Shown in pieces: positions 28,687 through 39,233 of a stretch of 64,000 bases of DNA. The notes beneath the pieces were generated by a model. The model had not been told where the DNA came from and did no database searches. It saw nothing but the letters and a program-made list of their open reading frames with translations. The stretch lies in the IMG/VR virus record IMGVR_UViG_3300021142_000002, positions 62,001-126,000 of that record. The stretch is one strand, 5' to 3'. The translations under genes and the position numbers were made by a program. Within the stretch, counting starts at the first letter, position 1, and every line of letters starts with the position of its first letter.

Positions 28687-30684
28687 TTACTTTACTTTCA
28701 AAATATCATCTAGCATATGTTTGGTCTTTAACTTACCAGTACGCCAGTGTATACTTAATAAAGATTTATACTGTTCTTGATGGGCTAACATTGAAGTCAA
28801 TGTCCTGTTATTAATAACCCAGGGTAATACTTTAAAGTTAAAATCATCACCAGGTCTTGGTAATTCATTTAACCTTTCTGGATTATTAGCTACTACCATT
28901 AGTGATCTAACAAATATTTCAGCTTGAGTGATATTAAACTCTTGACCATTATCTTTATTTAATCGTCTTCTTAGAACAGTAATTAATCCTTCAATAGCAC
29001 CTGTTACTGTTTTAAAGTCTGTTATCTTTTCATTAGATTTTCCTTGTGGTTCAATATAGGATTTAACATCATTAAAGAATGACATGATGTTATCACCTTT
29101 TCTTGGAATAATAAATACAGGTGTATTTACATTCCAGTTCTTTAAAGTAAATTCTACATAGTTCTTACCAGAACCCCAACCATGTTCTTTAAGATAAGTT
29201 AGTACTTGGGTAGACAGTGAAATGCCCATGCCCGATACTTCTAATTTCTTTAAGATATCAAAAGATCCAGACATCATACCTGACTTATCAGTTAAACTAA
29301 TACCAAGCTCTGGTATTCGAGTAATTCGGCTAGGCGATAGTTCGGTCGCATCAATGTGTAGAATTTGAGATAGATACTTTACATAATCAGAATCTATTCT
29401 AATCAATACATTTCCCTTACTAGCAAATTCAGTTAAGAATAACCTATCAGGCTGTTTTGGACTAATCCTAAACCATCGACTAGAATTTGAATCCAGTGTT
29501 AGTTTCTTGGATATGGAAGATCCCTCATAATGTTTAGTAGACATGATGATTTGGGATATCATAGCACACAGTGGTGTGGATAAAGAAAAGCCTAGATTAC
29601 TCTTAGGTGGAATAATTAAACTAATCCAACCTAAACAGACTTGACAGACTTCTTGAGCATCATGACATCCGCAGCCAGTAATTGTTCTATACTCAATGAC
29701 TTTACCAATCAGATGATCAATGCTGTCCCAGATTAATACAGGCTTATCAGTTTGCTCGTCCATATAGTACTTACCCTTTAATAGAGTAAGATCATCTTTA
29801 CTGACTAATCTTTTAGCGGTAATATAATTACTACATCCTCCTTCTATATAGACCTGTCTAAGAATAACAGAAGCTGCTAACTGCACCTTTCTATTAAACC
29901 ATTCAGACTGTTGCAATGGATCAGTATTCATGATAGAAGCTCTAGAGGCTGATCTAGATTCAATCATAGAGTCATATAAGTTATCTAATCCTTCACCATA
30001 GCCTACATCAATTGGATAAGGGAATACTGAACCATCAATGTCATGTACATAGCCACGAGGTCCTACCATTTGAATAACCTGACCTTTATTAACTAATCCA
30101 GCCATCGTCAGCTTCTTAATACCATTATGTTTTAGGTATTCTCTATCGGTATATAAAACCTTACTAACAACAGAATGTACTTTAGCAATTTCTTCTGCAC
30201 AGACATGTTCTGCGTAATCTGATTCTTCTGCTAATTTTCTATAATTATCTTTAGCTTCAACAATAGTAAATTCTTCCATTATCTCTATTAGATCAAACAA
30301 AGAAACTGTTGTTACATATTCAGATAGTTTTAAACAGCTAACATTATAGATCTCATTAGTAACTTCGTAAAAAGCTTTACTAAGATCCCATACATCAGCT
30401 CTAATACCTTTACTATTTAAATCATTAAATATGTGCCAGAATATTCTAGAGCCTATTTTTCTATGGGTAGATGCTCCAAAATCACCCACTAAACCAGTCT
30501 CTGAGATTAGTTCAGCACCTGGAAAACAACGATAGAGTTCCCAATATATCCAGCTAAGAATAATATTGGGTCTAGTCATTACTATCTCTTTATCAGAGAA
30601 TCTAATTAAATGTTCATGATCTGGTAAATTCCATACATCATTAAAACTATATTTATAAACTAGATCATTAGCTTCAATACTCAT
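28687..30684 (-). CDS. rpoC: Non-virion RNA polymerase beta' subunit, C-terminal part (phiKZ gp74-like)
   Basis: QMVGPRG, ESRSA, SEWFNRK, CGC...VCQVCLG and QIIMSTKH beta'-like motifs; synteny. Confidence 0.85.
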   Translation of the reverse strand: MSIEANDLVYKYSFNDVWNLPDHEHLIRFSDKEIVMTRPNIILSWIYWELYRCFPGAELISETGLVGDFGASTHRKIGSRIFWHIFNDLNSKGIRADVWDLSKAFYEVTNEIYNVSCLKLSEYVTTVSLFDLIEIMEEFTIVEAKDNYRKLAEESDYAEHVCAEEIAKVHSVVSKVLYTDREYLKHNGIKKLTMAGLVNKGQVIQMVGPRGYVHDIDGSVFPYPIDVGYGEGLDNLYDSMIESRSASRASIMNTDPLQQSEWFNRKVQLAASVILRQVYIEGGCSNYITAKRLVSKDDLTLLKGKYYMDEQTDKPVLIWDSIDHLIGKVIEYRTITGCGCHDAQEVCQVCLGWISLIIPPKSNLGFSLSTPLCAMISQIIMSTKHYEGSSISKKLTLDSNSSRWFRISPKQPDRLFLTEFASKGNVLIRIDSDYVKYLSQILHIDATELSPSRITRIPELGISLTDKSGMMSGSFDILKKLEVSGMGISLSTQVLTYLKEHGWGSGKNYVEFTLKNWNVNTPVFIIPRKGDNIMSFFNDVKSYIEPQGKSNEKITDFKTVTGAIEGLITVLRRRLNKDNGQEFNITQAEIFVRSLMVVANNPERLNELPRPGDDFNFKVLPWVINNRTLTSMLAHQEQYKSLLSIHWRTGKLKTKHMLDDILKVK

Positions 30685-30695
30685 TTATTCCTCTA

Positions 30696-32726
30696 TTAAG
30701 CATTTTTAATCTCTAAGCCGAATGAAAACAAAACATGGTTGATAAACATAAGGGGTCTAGAAGTACCCATCTTCATATCCATAATAGGCTCAAGTCTAGA
30801 GGGTGTACGAGAGGCTAATAAATTAGCCACTACATTTTTATGGGATTCTGGGCTATTAGACATGGTTAATAATTCTGCGATAATTTCTCCTCCCATATAC
30901 GCGCCATACATTCTTACTTCAGTTTCAGAAAATACTTTAACAGCTTGTACCTTACTAGGACTGCCCCATCTAGATATTTTATTAGGGCCAGCTAAAACCC
31001 CATGATGTTGTAGTTTACCAGAAGATACCGACATTGGATGCTGGTCAGTCTTTTCTAGAATGATGATTTGCTCAACGCCAATAAAGACATTATCCTTAGT
31101 GGTAACCATATTCCCTGCTAAATCTCTATAGGATACAGGTCCATAGCAAGGTTTAAATACTTTGAGTATTCTATTTAATATACCTATATCTACGTGTTCA
31201 CTGTCTACAGGAATATATAAATAAATCCCATCTTGAATAACAGTATCTAAATGTACCTTTCTTTGCTCAAATGTTCTGTAATTAGAATTAATGGTATTAA
31301 ATGTTAAAGGTGATGCTACTTCATAAAACTCCATTAATTTACCAAATACAGTATCGAAGGGTAAAGATTGATAATTGTTTCTAATCCACGTTGTTAAGTC
31401 TCTAGAAACTCCACCGATAAAGCCTTCATAGAGCTGACCATAATTCATCCTAGACACTGTCGATTTAGAAAACTTAATTAAATCTGCTCTATTACCGTAG
31501 GCGTCAACGGGCATATCTTCATCTTTAAAGATATAGCAAATGACTCCCTTATTTCCGCAATTTCCGGTCATCTTTGATCCAAGACTGATAGGCTGTTCTC
31601 TATAACAGAATATTTCTACTCTATATTCATCTAATGGTATCCTTTTTCGAGTACGTCTTATGATACCGCCTTGAGGTACTTTATACTTAGTTAAATTAGG
31701 TTTATCTGCAATCGCTCTAGTTATTAGCTGAGTTAATCTAGGTGATATATTTAAATTCTTGTCTGATCGTACCAGACTCTCATAGATGTTTACTATACCG
31801 GCATAATACTCACTGGCATGAGCTATATACCTTTCTGGCTGTACCGCCATGGCAGGTGGTGTTAATGGCTTAGCTTTAGTTTCACCAATACCAGATTCTA
31901 CGATAATATCATAGACTGTAGCACCTGGTACACCATAGATTCTAATATCATGCACCATGTCAATTTCCATGAGTGCTTTATTACTCATTTCTATTGCATC
32001 AAATGCATCATCATATTCAGCAAAGGCAAAGACTAATCCATCTTCTCTAATTTTATCACCGACTTCAGGATAGGGCTTAAAATGATTCTCATCCCCATAT
32101 GTGTTTTTAGGGTACATTTTCTTACCCCATTCACCGACTACTGAAGGCAATTCTAATAGACTTGCTCTTTCGCAAAATGATTCAGATGCACCATAGCCGT
32201 CTTCAATAGAGGCGGGTACTGATAGATTAACTACATTACAACTTAAACCATTACTATAAATACCACCGTCTTTAACATTAGGTGATTTAGCCAATATAGT
32301 ATCCTTTGCTATATGAGAGCCTGCTCTTAATTGCTTGACAATAGGATTTAATACCATTCGATTACCATATGTTCGATGTCTGGTATCGTATGTGTTAATG
32401 TCTAGACAATCATATTTGCCCGTTATCTGGCATTGATAGATAATTGTAATAGATGGGTTTTCTTTTATCTGATATTCATCTAATGTCTTTTTAAACTTTT
32501 GATGAACAGAAATAACAATACCATCTGTTGGCATCGTTACATTAAAGGCTTCTAGTTGAGTTTCTAAGCCTGTTAATATTCTGGGTATATCAGATTTCTT
32601 AGGCGTTACAGCTTGTGCTAAATGATGAGATAGCATAGCTAGTCGACTACTACTATTAAACCTAATAAAAGGATTAACAGCAGCCATAGCACCATAGGTG
32701 ACCAACGTATTTCTTCTTTTTAGCAT
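30696..32726 (-). CDS. rpoB: Non-virion RNA polymerase beta subunit, C-terminal part (phiKZ gp71-73-like)
   Basis: NSSSRLAM, SIEDG, GSKMTGNCGNKGVI, DMPVD, RMNYGQ, VFSETEVR. Confidence 0.9.
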   Translation of the reverse strand: MLKRRNTLVTYGAMAAVNPFIRFNSSSRLAMLSHHLAQAVTPKKSDIPRILTGLETQLEAFNVTMPTDGIVISVHQKFKKTLDEYQIKENPSITIIYQCQITGKYDCLDINTYDTRHRTYGNRMVLNPIVKQLRAGSHIAKDTILAKSPNVKDGGIYSNGLSCNVVNLSVPASIEDGYGASESFCERASLLELPSVVGEWGKKMYPKNTYGDENHFKPYPEVGDKIREDGLVFAFAEYDDAFDAIEMSNKALMEIDMVHDIRIYGVPGATVYDIIVESGIGETKAKPLTPPAMAVQPERYIAHASEYYAGIVNIYESLVRSDKNLNISPRLTQLITRAIADKPNLTKYKVPQGGIIRRTRKRIPLDEYRVEIFCYREQPISLGSKMTGNCGNKGVICYIFKDEDMPVDAYGNRADLIKFSKSTVSRMNYGQLYEGFIGGVSRDLTTWIRNNYQSLPFDTVFGKLMEFYEVASPLTFNTINSNYRTFEQRKVHLDTVIQDGIYLYIPVDSEHVDIGILNRILKVFKPCYGPVSYRDLAGNMVTTKDNVFIGVEQIIILEKTDQHPMSVSSGKLQHHGVLAGPNKISRWGSPSKVQAVKVFSETEVRMYGAYMGGEIIAELLTMSNSPESHKNVVANLLASRTPSRLEPIMDMKMGTSRPLMFINHVLFSFGLEIKNA

Positions 32727-32763
32727 ACTCTAGTTATTCTCCTTATTTTTAGTGTTTGCTATT

Positions 32764-32794
32764 AGATAATGTATTTATTAAAACTTTTTTAAAT
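32764..32794 (-). promoter_or_regulatory. Early promoter
   Basis: ATTTAA-N15-TACATTATCT upstream of beta. Confidence 0.6.
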
Positions 32795-32805
32795 ATGGAG
32801 CAAAA

Positions 32806-33150
32806 ATGACACTTTCAGTTAGTCGTTTTCAATTACCAATGGGTCAGGTTAATGTAAACAGTTCTGGGTTTAGAAACCTAATAGAGAACCATGTCCTATA
32901 CTTACAAACAAGTGTTAATACTAAAATATTAATTTTAGATCCTGCCGATGAATATAAATGGCAGGGTGATTTTTATGGATTACTTAATAAGTTGGGTATT
33001 ACCCAAGATATGTGGTGGATTACAATGAGGGTAAATAATCTATACTCTCCTGTTGATTATTCAGGTGATCTAGGACAAATTTATAGTCCAGGCATTGTAG
33101 ACATTACTACACTATTGTCTAGATACCTAGCCACAGCTACTGTTAAATAG
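32806..33150 (+). CDS. Small baseplate wedge-like protein (T4 gp53/LysM-like)
   Basis: YKWQGDFYGLL...WWITMRVNNL pattern; GGAG RBS. Confidence 0.45.
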   Translation: MTLSVSRFQLPMGQVNVNSSGFRNLIENHVLYLQTSVNTKILILDPADEYKWQGDFYGLLNKLGITQDMWWITMRVNNLYSPVDYSGDLGQIYSPGIVDITTLLSRYLATATVK

Positions 33151-33164
33151 AAAAAAATAAAGGT

Positions 33165-33188
33165 GAGTAGATGCAACTGCATCTACTC
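33165..33188. terminator. Hairpin between convergent genes
   Basis: GAGTAGATGCA/TGCATCTACTC. Confidence 0.65.
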
Positions 33189-33199
33189 GCTTTATGCCG

Positions 33200-34576
33200 T
33201 TATATCCGATAAGGATTATAAGGATATGGTTGCTGAGGTATGCCATTGTGCATAGGCGTTTGTTGATACCCAGTTTGATAAACTGGTAGCTGCTGCATAG
33301 GTGCACTACCAAAGGCTGCAGGTCTAGCAGAGGGTATACCTTGCTGCTGCATAACACCATATTGTGGTGGTTGCTGACTTCTTAGATAAGCATTGATAGC
33401 TTGTTCAGGTGTCATATTGACGGGTGGTGCAGCATACTGCTGCTGTGGTACTTGCATAGGTGGATATTGATTATAAGGATTTTGATAAACTGGTTGCTGA
33501 GGGGGAGCAGCATAATACGGTGTATTATTTACCATATTGCTAACCTGTGGGGCAGGGGCTGGATATTGCTCTACAGGTCTTTGCTGAGTTACATTGCTGC
33601 CAATAGGGACGGTTTTTACTAAACCAGAACTCAATACTACTTTCTTATAAGCACCTTCATTAGATAGCTCTTCATAAGCTTCAGAAACATCTTCAGCAGG
33701 TTTATTAATGTTGCCCTTAATACCTACATTGCCAGGCAATGACTGAGATAAATGACGCTTTGCCAATGCTGCTAAATCAGATAAGTTTTCATACCAGCTC
33801 ACAGGAATATCAGACATCACTGAATATTTACCTAGGATATTTCTAATCTTATTTAAGTGAACAGCTGTATGGTAATAACACTCTAATAATGCTTCAAGAT
33901 ATGGATAAGTATTGCTATTACTCCCATATGTATTTTCAGCCGGAATAACATACTCATATAAACTCCTTACTACTCTTTTAGCTTTTTCAGAAGAATTTTT
34001 AATACCACAAAAACTATCTTTACTGTTTAGAATATGAGGAATTAAAGTAGCTGTTCTGCTAAAGACTTCATCATTTACTTTACCACCACGCTCTAAGCGA
34101 ATAGAGATAATAGGATATCTTCCAGAAATACCTGTATTCTTTTTCTGTATTTCCATAAAGAGCTTTTCAGCACCGCCTTCAACGGCATCAAATCGTCCAA
34201 TCAATTCTAATTGTTTTTGATTTAATTTACTGTGAGCTTCTTTATTTAGTTTTAAAGCTATAATGCTACCCACAGCTCTTTGGATACTGTCATGAATTTT
34301 ACAGCTAATTAAAGTTTGATATACATTGAGTACTTCAGATTGACCTGATACAATGCTTTCACAAGCTGGATGAAAAGCTACAATCTCATTCCAGTTACCA
34401 TCTTTTAATATTCTTCTAGTAGGCAATACTAATCGCTTAACTTTACCTTCTAGCTTTACTGTAACGATCTCTGGATCTTTGTTAATGTCATGAGAATAAA
34501 TGACATTATCATCATTATCAATTTTACAATCTACTGCCCTTAGCAGTTCTTTATAATATTCGGTGACTGGATTCAT
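33200..34576 (-). CDS. Conserved nucleus-block protein (phiKZ gp70-like) with Q/P/Y-rich tail
   Basis: FHPACE motif; last ~130 aa are low-complexity; synteny. Confidence 0.55.
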   Translation of the reverse strand: MNPVTEYYKELLRAVDCKIDNDDNVIYSHDINKDPEIVTVKLEGKVKRLVLPTRRILKDGNWNEIVAFHPACESIVSGQSEVLNVYQTLISCKIHDSIQRAVGSIIALKLNKEAHSKLNQKQLELIGRFDAVEGGAEKLFMEIQKKNTGISGRYPIISIRLERGGKVNDEVFSRTATLIPHILNSKDSFCGIKNSSEKAKRVVRSLYEYVIPAENTYGSNSNTYPYLEALLECYYHTAVHLNKIRNILGKYSVMSDIPVSWYENLSDLAALAKRHLSQSLPGNVGIKGNINKPAEDVSEAYEELSNEGAYKKVVLSSGLVKTVPIGSNVTQQRPVEQYPAPAPQVSNMVNNTPYYAAPPQQPVYQNPYNQYPPMQVPQQQYAAPPVNMTPEQAINAYLRSQQPPQYGVMQQQGIPSARPAAFGSAPMQQLPVYQTGYQQTPMHNGIPQQPYPYNPYRI

Positions 34577-34579
34577 TTT

Positions 34580-36160
34580 TTATCCTATAGAAAATGGATT
34601 TTTGGCAATAGGTGTTTGAGTAAACGGCTGCTGAGGCTGCTGTGTAGTAAATGGATTATTTAATGCAGGTGTAGTAACTGTATTGGGCTGAATTGGCTGA
34701 ATGTTAAATGGATTACTGCCTCTAAACCCAGTATGCATTCCCGGCGTTGCTATTCCAGATACGAAGCTATTAGCTAATGATTCAATATCATGGCTAATAT
34801 TAACAATAGAATCTGCTGTTAATCCAATCATTGGGTTATAGCGATTGTGGCAGAACATTGGTGCTGAATAAGGAATCTGATGATTACCATTAATAGAGAT
34901 TACAAAATGGCTATTAGTTGTTAAATCCATAGATAATAATACACTAAAGCTATAAGCCTTTTGTGCCAATAGACCACGAACAACATCTAATTCTAATCTA
35001 CCAATCAATCCATGCATAGAGACTTCATCCATAGTCTCATCAAACATTTCATGATAACTCATAACCTGTATTTGCAATTGTCCACCAATAGTTTCATTGG
35101 TAATACTCACAACCATTTTTGCAAGCATGTAACGGGACATAATAGCTGGCATGATATGGGTTAAACTAAAAGCGATATTAGTTTCAGCAGTGGCGCCGCC
35201 CCAGTGCTCGTTATTATCCATGATAGATAATACTCTCGTTTTATCAGGTCTTAATACTGTCCAAAAACCAGCATCTCTAGGCCAACAGCGATTTAATTCC
35301 TCAAATGTAAAAGTATAACTAGTCGTTGGATTATTGCTAGACAAGCTATTGAACAAAAAGGATGTATTCATAGACTTTGCTCTAACATGTTCAACTACAG
35401 TCTCATACCCATCATAAACGTCATCGCTATAGCCTTGATCATTGCTAAATGGATTTAATGACCTTACATAGGCTTTAGAGATATCTGACAAATACTGCGC
35501 TGGAACATTATGATCTGTATTAGCTGTTTTTGCAATACCCATTAACATTGAGTCTGTGATATAGACTGGAATATCATTAGATCTAACTAATTCAGTTTGT
35601 TTATATCTAACAGCATCTTCAGGACGAAGAGCAACGGCTTCTTGATACTGAGGAATTTCAGTTAAAACAGCATTCGATTGCTCGATTCTATTATTAATGA
35701 TCTGGCCACGATGACCAACCGTTTTAGTGCCACGTACAGTAATTCTACTATTAACATAAAAGCGCATATTAGGATCAATATGACCATTGGCTGATACACC
35801 TTCATAGTCAGTATACCCAGAAATAATTTCTCGCTCGTTACCTAATGGAGTAGTCGTTGTGATTTCTAGATAAAATGCATAACGCCAGTTTTCCAGACCA
35901 TTAGTAATGATTACTCTATCTCTAGGCGTACTAGCCGGCGCTAATATAGTAGAGGCTACATCAACCATAGAGGCTGAAGATAAATTTCTACCACCGCCTG
36001 TGGATTCCATTATTTGGTTTAATGTCTCACCATTTAGATTAGATTCAAAAGGTCTATAAAAGACATCGTGAGTAGGTGGTAATGGTAATAAAATAGCTTT
36101 GGTTAGTTCAATTCTTGGAACCATATTTCTCTCTCCTTTGTTAATAAAACTATTGTGCAA
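34580..36160 (-). CDS. picA: Phage-nucleus protein-import factor PicA/Imp1 (phiKZ gp69-like; likely start 36124)
   Basis: Size and position directly after the gp68-like gene; no motif-level proof available. Confidence 0.55.
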   Translation of the reverse strand: MHNSFINKGERNMVPRIELTKAILLPLPPTHDVFYRPFESNLNGETLNQIMESTGGGRNLSSASMVDVASTILAPASTPRDRVIITNGLENWRYAFYLEITTTTPLGNEREIISGYTDYEGVSANGHIDPNMRFYVNSRITVRGTKTVGHRGQIINNRIEQSNAVLTEIPQYQEAVALRPEDAVRYKQTELVRSNDIPVYITDSMLMGIAKTANTDHNVPAQYLSDISKAYVRSLNPFSNDQGYSDDVYDGYETVVEHVRAKSMNTSFLFNSLSSNNPTTSYTFTFEELNRCWPRDAGFWTVLRPDKTRVLSIMDNNEHWGGATAETNIAFSLTHIMPAIMSRYMLAKMVVSITNETIGGQLQIQVMSYHEMFDETMDEVSMHGLIGRLELDVVRGLLAQKAYSFSVLLSMDLTTNSHFVISINGNHQIPYSAPMFCHNRYNPMIGLTADSIVNISHDIESLANSFVSGIATPGMHTGFRGSNPFNIQPIQPNTVTTPALNNPFTTQQPQQPFTQTPIAKNPFSIG

Positions 36161-37574
36161 TTAAGATGAGTAACTGTGCAATTTCTATTGCAATGTTTTC
36201 AAACTCACCTATTTGAAATTGATAATCAAAACCACTCACCTCTTTGATAATGGTTTCAATTAATTTTAAGCCAGGATTTTGATTACCCGCATATCTGTAG
36301 ATAGAATGCAACTGAGCATTAATTTGACTCATCAGAATATTCTGATTTTTGTTATTATTAACGCTCATGGTATTAAAATTCTTTTGTTTTGGATTGGATA
36401 TTATTAGTTCTGCCAGTGCTAATAAATTCCATCTTATTAATTTAATATGGGCTATTGTAATTAAATCAATCAATGGCTCATACCGAATCAATCGAATATT
36501 TCTACCACCTATTTCTTTGCCACAGACTGCGGCTAGAATTGGTGTATGATATTCTTTAATATCAAAGCTGGGTGGTAAAAGAGATCTTACTCTATTAAAC
36601 TCATCAGGGCTAATGTTTTCATACCTAGCATAATTGTTTTGAATAAAATAAGAGGTAATTACCTCAACTGAGGGTGGAATTCTTTGGACTATTTTATAAG
36701 TATCAACAATGCTGCGCTCAGCTTCTTTTTCATCATTGATATTCTTTTGATTAGGCCCACCGCCATTAATTCTATCACATCTATCTTTAAGTAATGCATG
36801 GATGTTTCTAATGATTGAATCATTATAAACTCTAGGATCAAAAATACACACTTTCTTCCATAAAGCAAAGGCTAACAGATAATCAGGTATCTCTTCACTA
36901 CCGATATCATTGGTAATACTAAAGCCAGTAATTTTAATCTTTTCACTAGCAATCGTATTAACATATTGCTCTAGTTTAGTAAAGGCTGGATTACTATCAG
37001 TATAATCATTTCTGATTAACTCCAATGCTGATAATAATACATATTCTTTACCTACTAATCTATTGAGGTTGTTATAATACATTCCCCAAATAGGCATAAT
37101 AGCTTTCATTATAATGCTAAAGAAAACTAAATCTTCATAGTCTTTAGTAAAATAAGTAAACTCTATTGAGTCTTTCTCACCGAGTTCATCTTTAATTCCG
37201 ACCGTTAGATTAAAGTCCCCATGAATAATGCACCAAAGCTTAAATCTATTCCAATCAAATAAACTCATTAGATTAAATATGATTCTATTAAGCTCTATGT
37301 TTAATTCATTTAATTCCAATTCAGAATCTAATGTATTATAAGCTTCTATATAAAGAGCTTCAAACTTTAACAATTCTTGCTGTGTTTGCATCCCCCAGTA
37401 TTTATTAATACAATTATAAAGATCTGGATTAACTTCTTCATCTAAACTATCATGAAGAATAATCTTATCTTTTATTTTAGATCTACTCCATATCTTACAA
37501 TTAAACTCCAGTACAGTTCCATCAAGTAGAAATGCTCTGGTAGCAGATAGGGTTGGTATCCACTCTAACTTCAT
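36150..37574 (-). CDS. nvRNAP promoter-specificity subunit (phiKZ gp68-like)
   Basis: TYFTKDYEDLVFFSIIMKAIMPIWGMY resembles the recalled gp68 segment TYLKHDY..L.....P.WGE; synteny. Confidence 0.7.
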   Translation of the reverse strand: MKLEWIPTLSATRAFLLDGTVLEFNCKIWSRSKIKDKIILHDSLDEEVNPDLYNCINKYWGMQTQQELLKFEALYIEAYNTLDSELELNELNIELNRIIFNLMSLFDWNRFKLWCIIHGDFNLTVGIKDELGEKDSIEFTYFTKDYEDLVFFSIIMKAIMPIWGMYYNNLNRLVGKEYVLLSALELIRNDYTDSNPAFTKLEQYVNTIASEKIKITGFSITNDIGSEEIPDYLLAFALWKKVCIFDPRVYNDSIIRNIHALLKDRCDRINGGGPNQKNINDEKEAERSIVDTYKIVQRIPPSVEVITSYFIQNNYARYENISPDEFNRVRSLLPPSFDIKEYHTPILAAVCGKEIGGRNIRLIRYEPLIDLITIAHIKLIRWNLLALAELIISNPKQKNFNTMSVNNNKNQNILMSQINAQLHSIYRYAGNQNPGLKLIETIIKEVSGFDYQFQIGEFENIAIEIAQLLILIAQ

Positions 37575-37603
37575 TTAAGCTCCTTTAAATAATGAGATCT
37601 ACT

Positions 37604-37633
37604 AGATAATGTATATACTAATATTATTTAAAC
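37604..37633 (-). promoter_or_regulatory. Early promoter
   Basis: GTTTAA-N14-TACATTATCT. Confidence 0.6.
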
Positions 37634-37640
37634 TAAAACA

Positions 37641-37670
37641 CTCCTATAGAGCTCAATAGCTCTATAGGAG
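37641..37670. terminator. Hairpin terminator
   Basis: CTCCTATAGAGCT/AGCTCTATAGGAG. Confidence 0.65.
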
Positions 37671-37684
37671 TAATATTTAGTCTA

Positions 37685-38362
37685 TTAGAAACTTACATCA
37701 TCATCCCAGCCTGCATCGGCTGGTTTGGTTTTAGAATAGCTAGAATTTGAAGATCCTGCATTAGATTGTTTCTCCTTTCCGGCTTCTGGATCTTTAGTTT
37801 GTGTAACTAAGAAAATTGCAAACATATTTTCCATTAATCTAGCCCATCCTTTAGCCATTAAGCTAGAACATAGACTAACATTTAATGACTCGCCTGTGGC
37901 ATCTTGTAGTGATGCAAAGTAATCATCTTGGAATAAGAAGATTGCAGGGTCTTTTTCGCCTTTAAATGAAAAGGCTAAGTAAACATAACCTTCGGTATCG
38001 CGGCCAATCGTTACTCTAGAAGTAACCATAGGTTTATCTAGTTTTTGCCCACCCATGTAACTTTCTTTAATGTCAAAAGTATACTTATCGGTCGCGGTAT
38101 TTTCAGCTACTAACTTTACAGTTTCTAACATTTGCGAAAAGATAAAAGGCGCTACTGCAACTGTCTTGCTGTTAGTAGAGCCGGGCGTATTGTTCATGTA
38201 GAGTCTAAATCTTGGATTACCATTGTGCACCTTTACAGTACAGTTAGGTGCTGCATTATCATCTCTGCTCCAAGGTTTTCCCTTTAGCTTTAATTTTGCT
38301 AAATCAAAAATATCCCATGGTGGTTTTGGGAAACTTCTTTTTGGATAATCATTTTGTGCCAT
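37685..38362 (-). CDS. chmC: ChmC-like (Whirly-fold) nucleic-acid-binding protein (phiKZ gp67-like)
   Basis: Synteny upstream of gp68; two beta-rich/helix repeats; disordered tail ending WDDDVSF. Confidence 0.5.
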   Translation of the reverse strand: MAQNDYPKRSFPKPPWDIFDLAKLKLKGKPWSRDDNAAPNCTVKVHNGNPRFRLYMNNTPGSTNSKTVAVAPFIFSQMLETVKLVAENTATDKYTFDIKESYMGGQKLDKPMVTSRVTIGRDTEGYVYLAFSFKGEKDPAIFLFQDDYFASLQDATGESLNVSLCSSLMAKGWARLMENMFAIFLVTQTKDPEAGKEKQSNAGSSNSSYSKTKPADAGWDDDVSF

Positions 38363-38420
38363 TTTATTATTCCTCTGTAGTTTATATAGAATGAATTAGT
38401 TAGGTATAATATTATTATAT

Positions 38421-39233
38421 TCAAATTAGCTTAACATGGGACATATTTAAAAGAATAGAAGCTAAATATTTATCATTTAACTTTCTAATATCATATTGTA
38501 CTTTAGCCATGTTAGTATTCGCATTCCAGTTATGATCAGTTGCTAACTGAACTAAATATTTAGTAAACTTAGTACCCATTGACTGAAACTGGTTATTATT
38601 ATCCCCTAAAATTTGAATAGATAAGATATTAAAGGGGATGTTTCTATAGATTTCATTTTTATTTAACTTAGTAATCCATTCCGTTTTTAACTTAATAGCT
38701 CCGGTATGAGATTCTAGTAATCCTAATTTCCTAAATAAATGACTGCTAATAAGATCTAAGGGTAAATGACTAACCATTAATGAAGATGTATTATTGCCTT
38801 TAACTAAACAGTTATAATTTTGTACATTAATATCTTTATTAGCCTTTAATGCTAGAGCAAATACAACTCTTTCTAAGTCGTAATACTCTTTTTGTTTAGG
38901 CGTATGAATGACTTTTAATTTAGCATCAGTAATTAATGAAGGAAGGGATGAACAACTGGCTAGATAAAATATGGGTTTTAATCGTCCAGGAATAGTTTCA
39001 GTAATTAATGACTGTATTGTTATTAGCTCTTCTAGAAAATCTTTAGCCATTACTTTACTAGTAGGGTATTGATCTCTAGGATAAGCACCATGAAAGTTTC
39101 TATACAGCGTTCTTAAATTAAGATAGATGAACTCATAGCCTTTATGAATATTATCAGCTAGCATTAATTCAAGAGGGATTGCTGTGCCAATAGAAACTCC
39201 TAATGTTTCCCCGAATTGTCTTTCTATTTTCAT
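38421..39233 (-). CDS. Conserved protein with FEN/PIN-like features (phiKZ gp66-like)
   Basis: YLNLRTLYRNF, SHLPLDL, LLESHTG; coupled to the SbcD gene. Confidence 0.5.
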   Translation of the reverse strand: MKIERQFGETLGVSIGTAIPLELMLADNIHKGYEFIYLNLRTLYRNFHGAYPRDQYPTSKVMAKDFLEELITIQSLITETIPGRLKPIFYLASCSSLPSLITDAKLKVIHTPKQKEYYDLERVVFALALKANKDINVQNYNCLVKGNNTSSLMVSHLPLDLISSHLFRKLGLLESHTGAIKLKTEWITKLNKNEIYRNIPFNILSIQILGDNNNQFQSMGTKFTKYLVQLATDHNWNANTNMAKVQYDIRKLNDKYLASILLNMSHVKLI

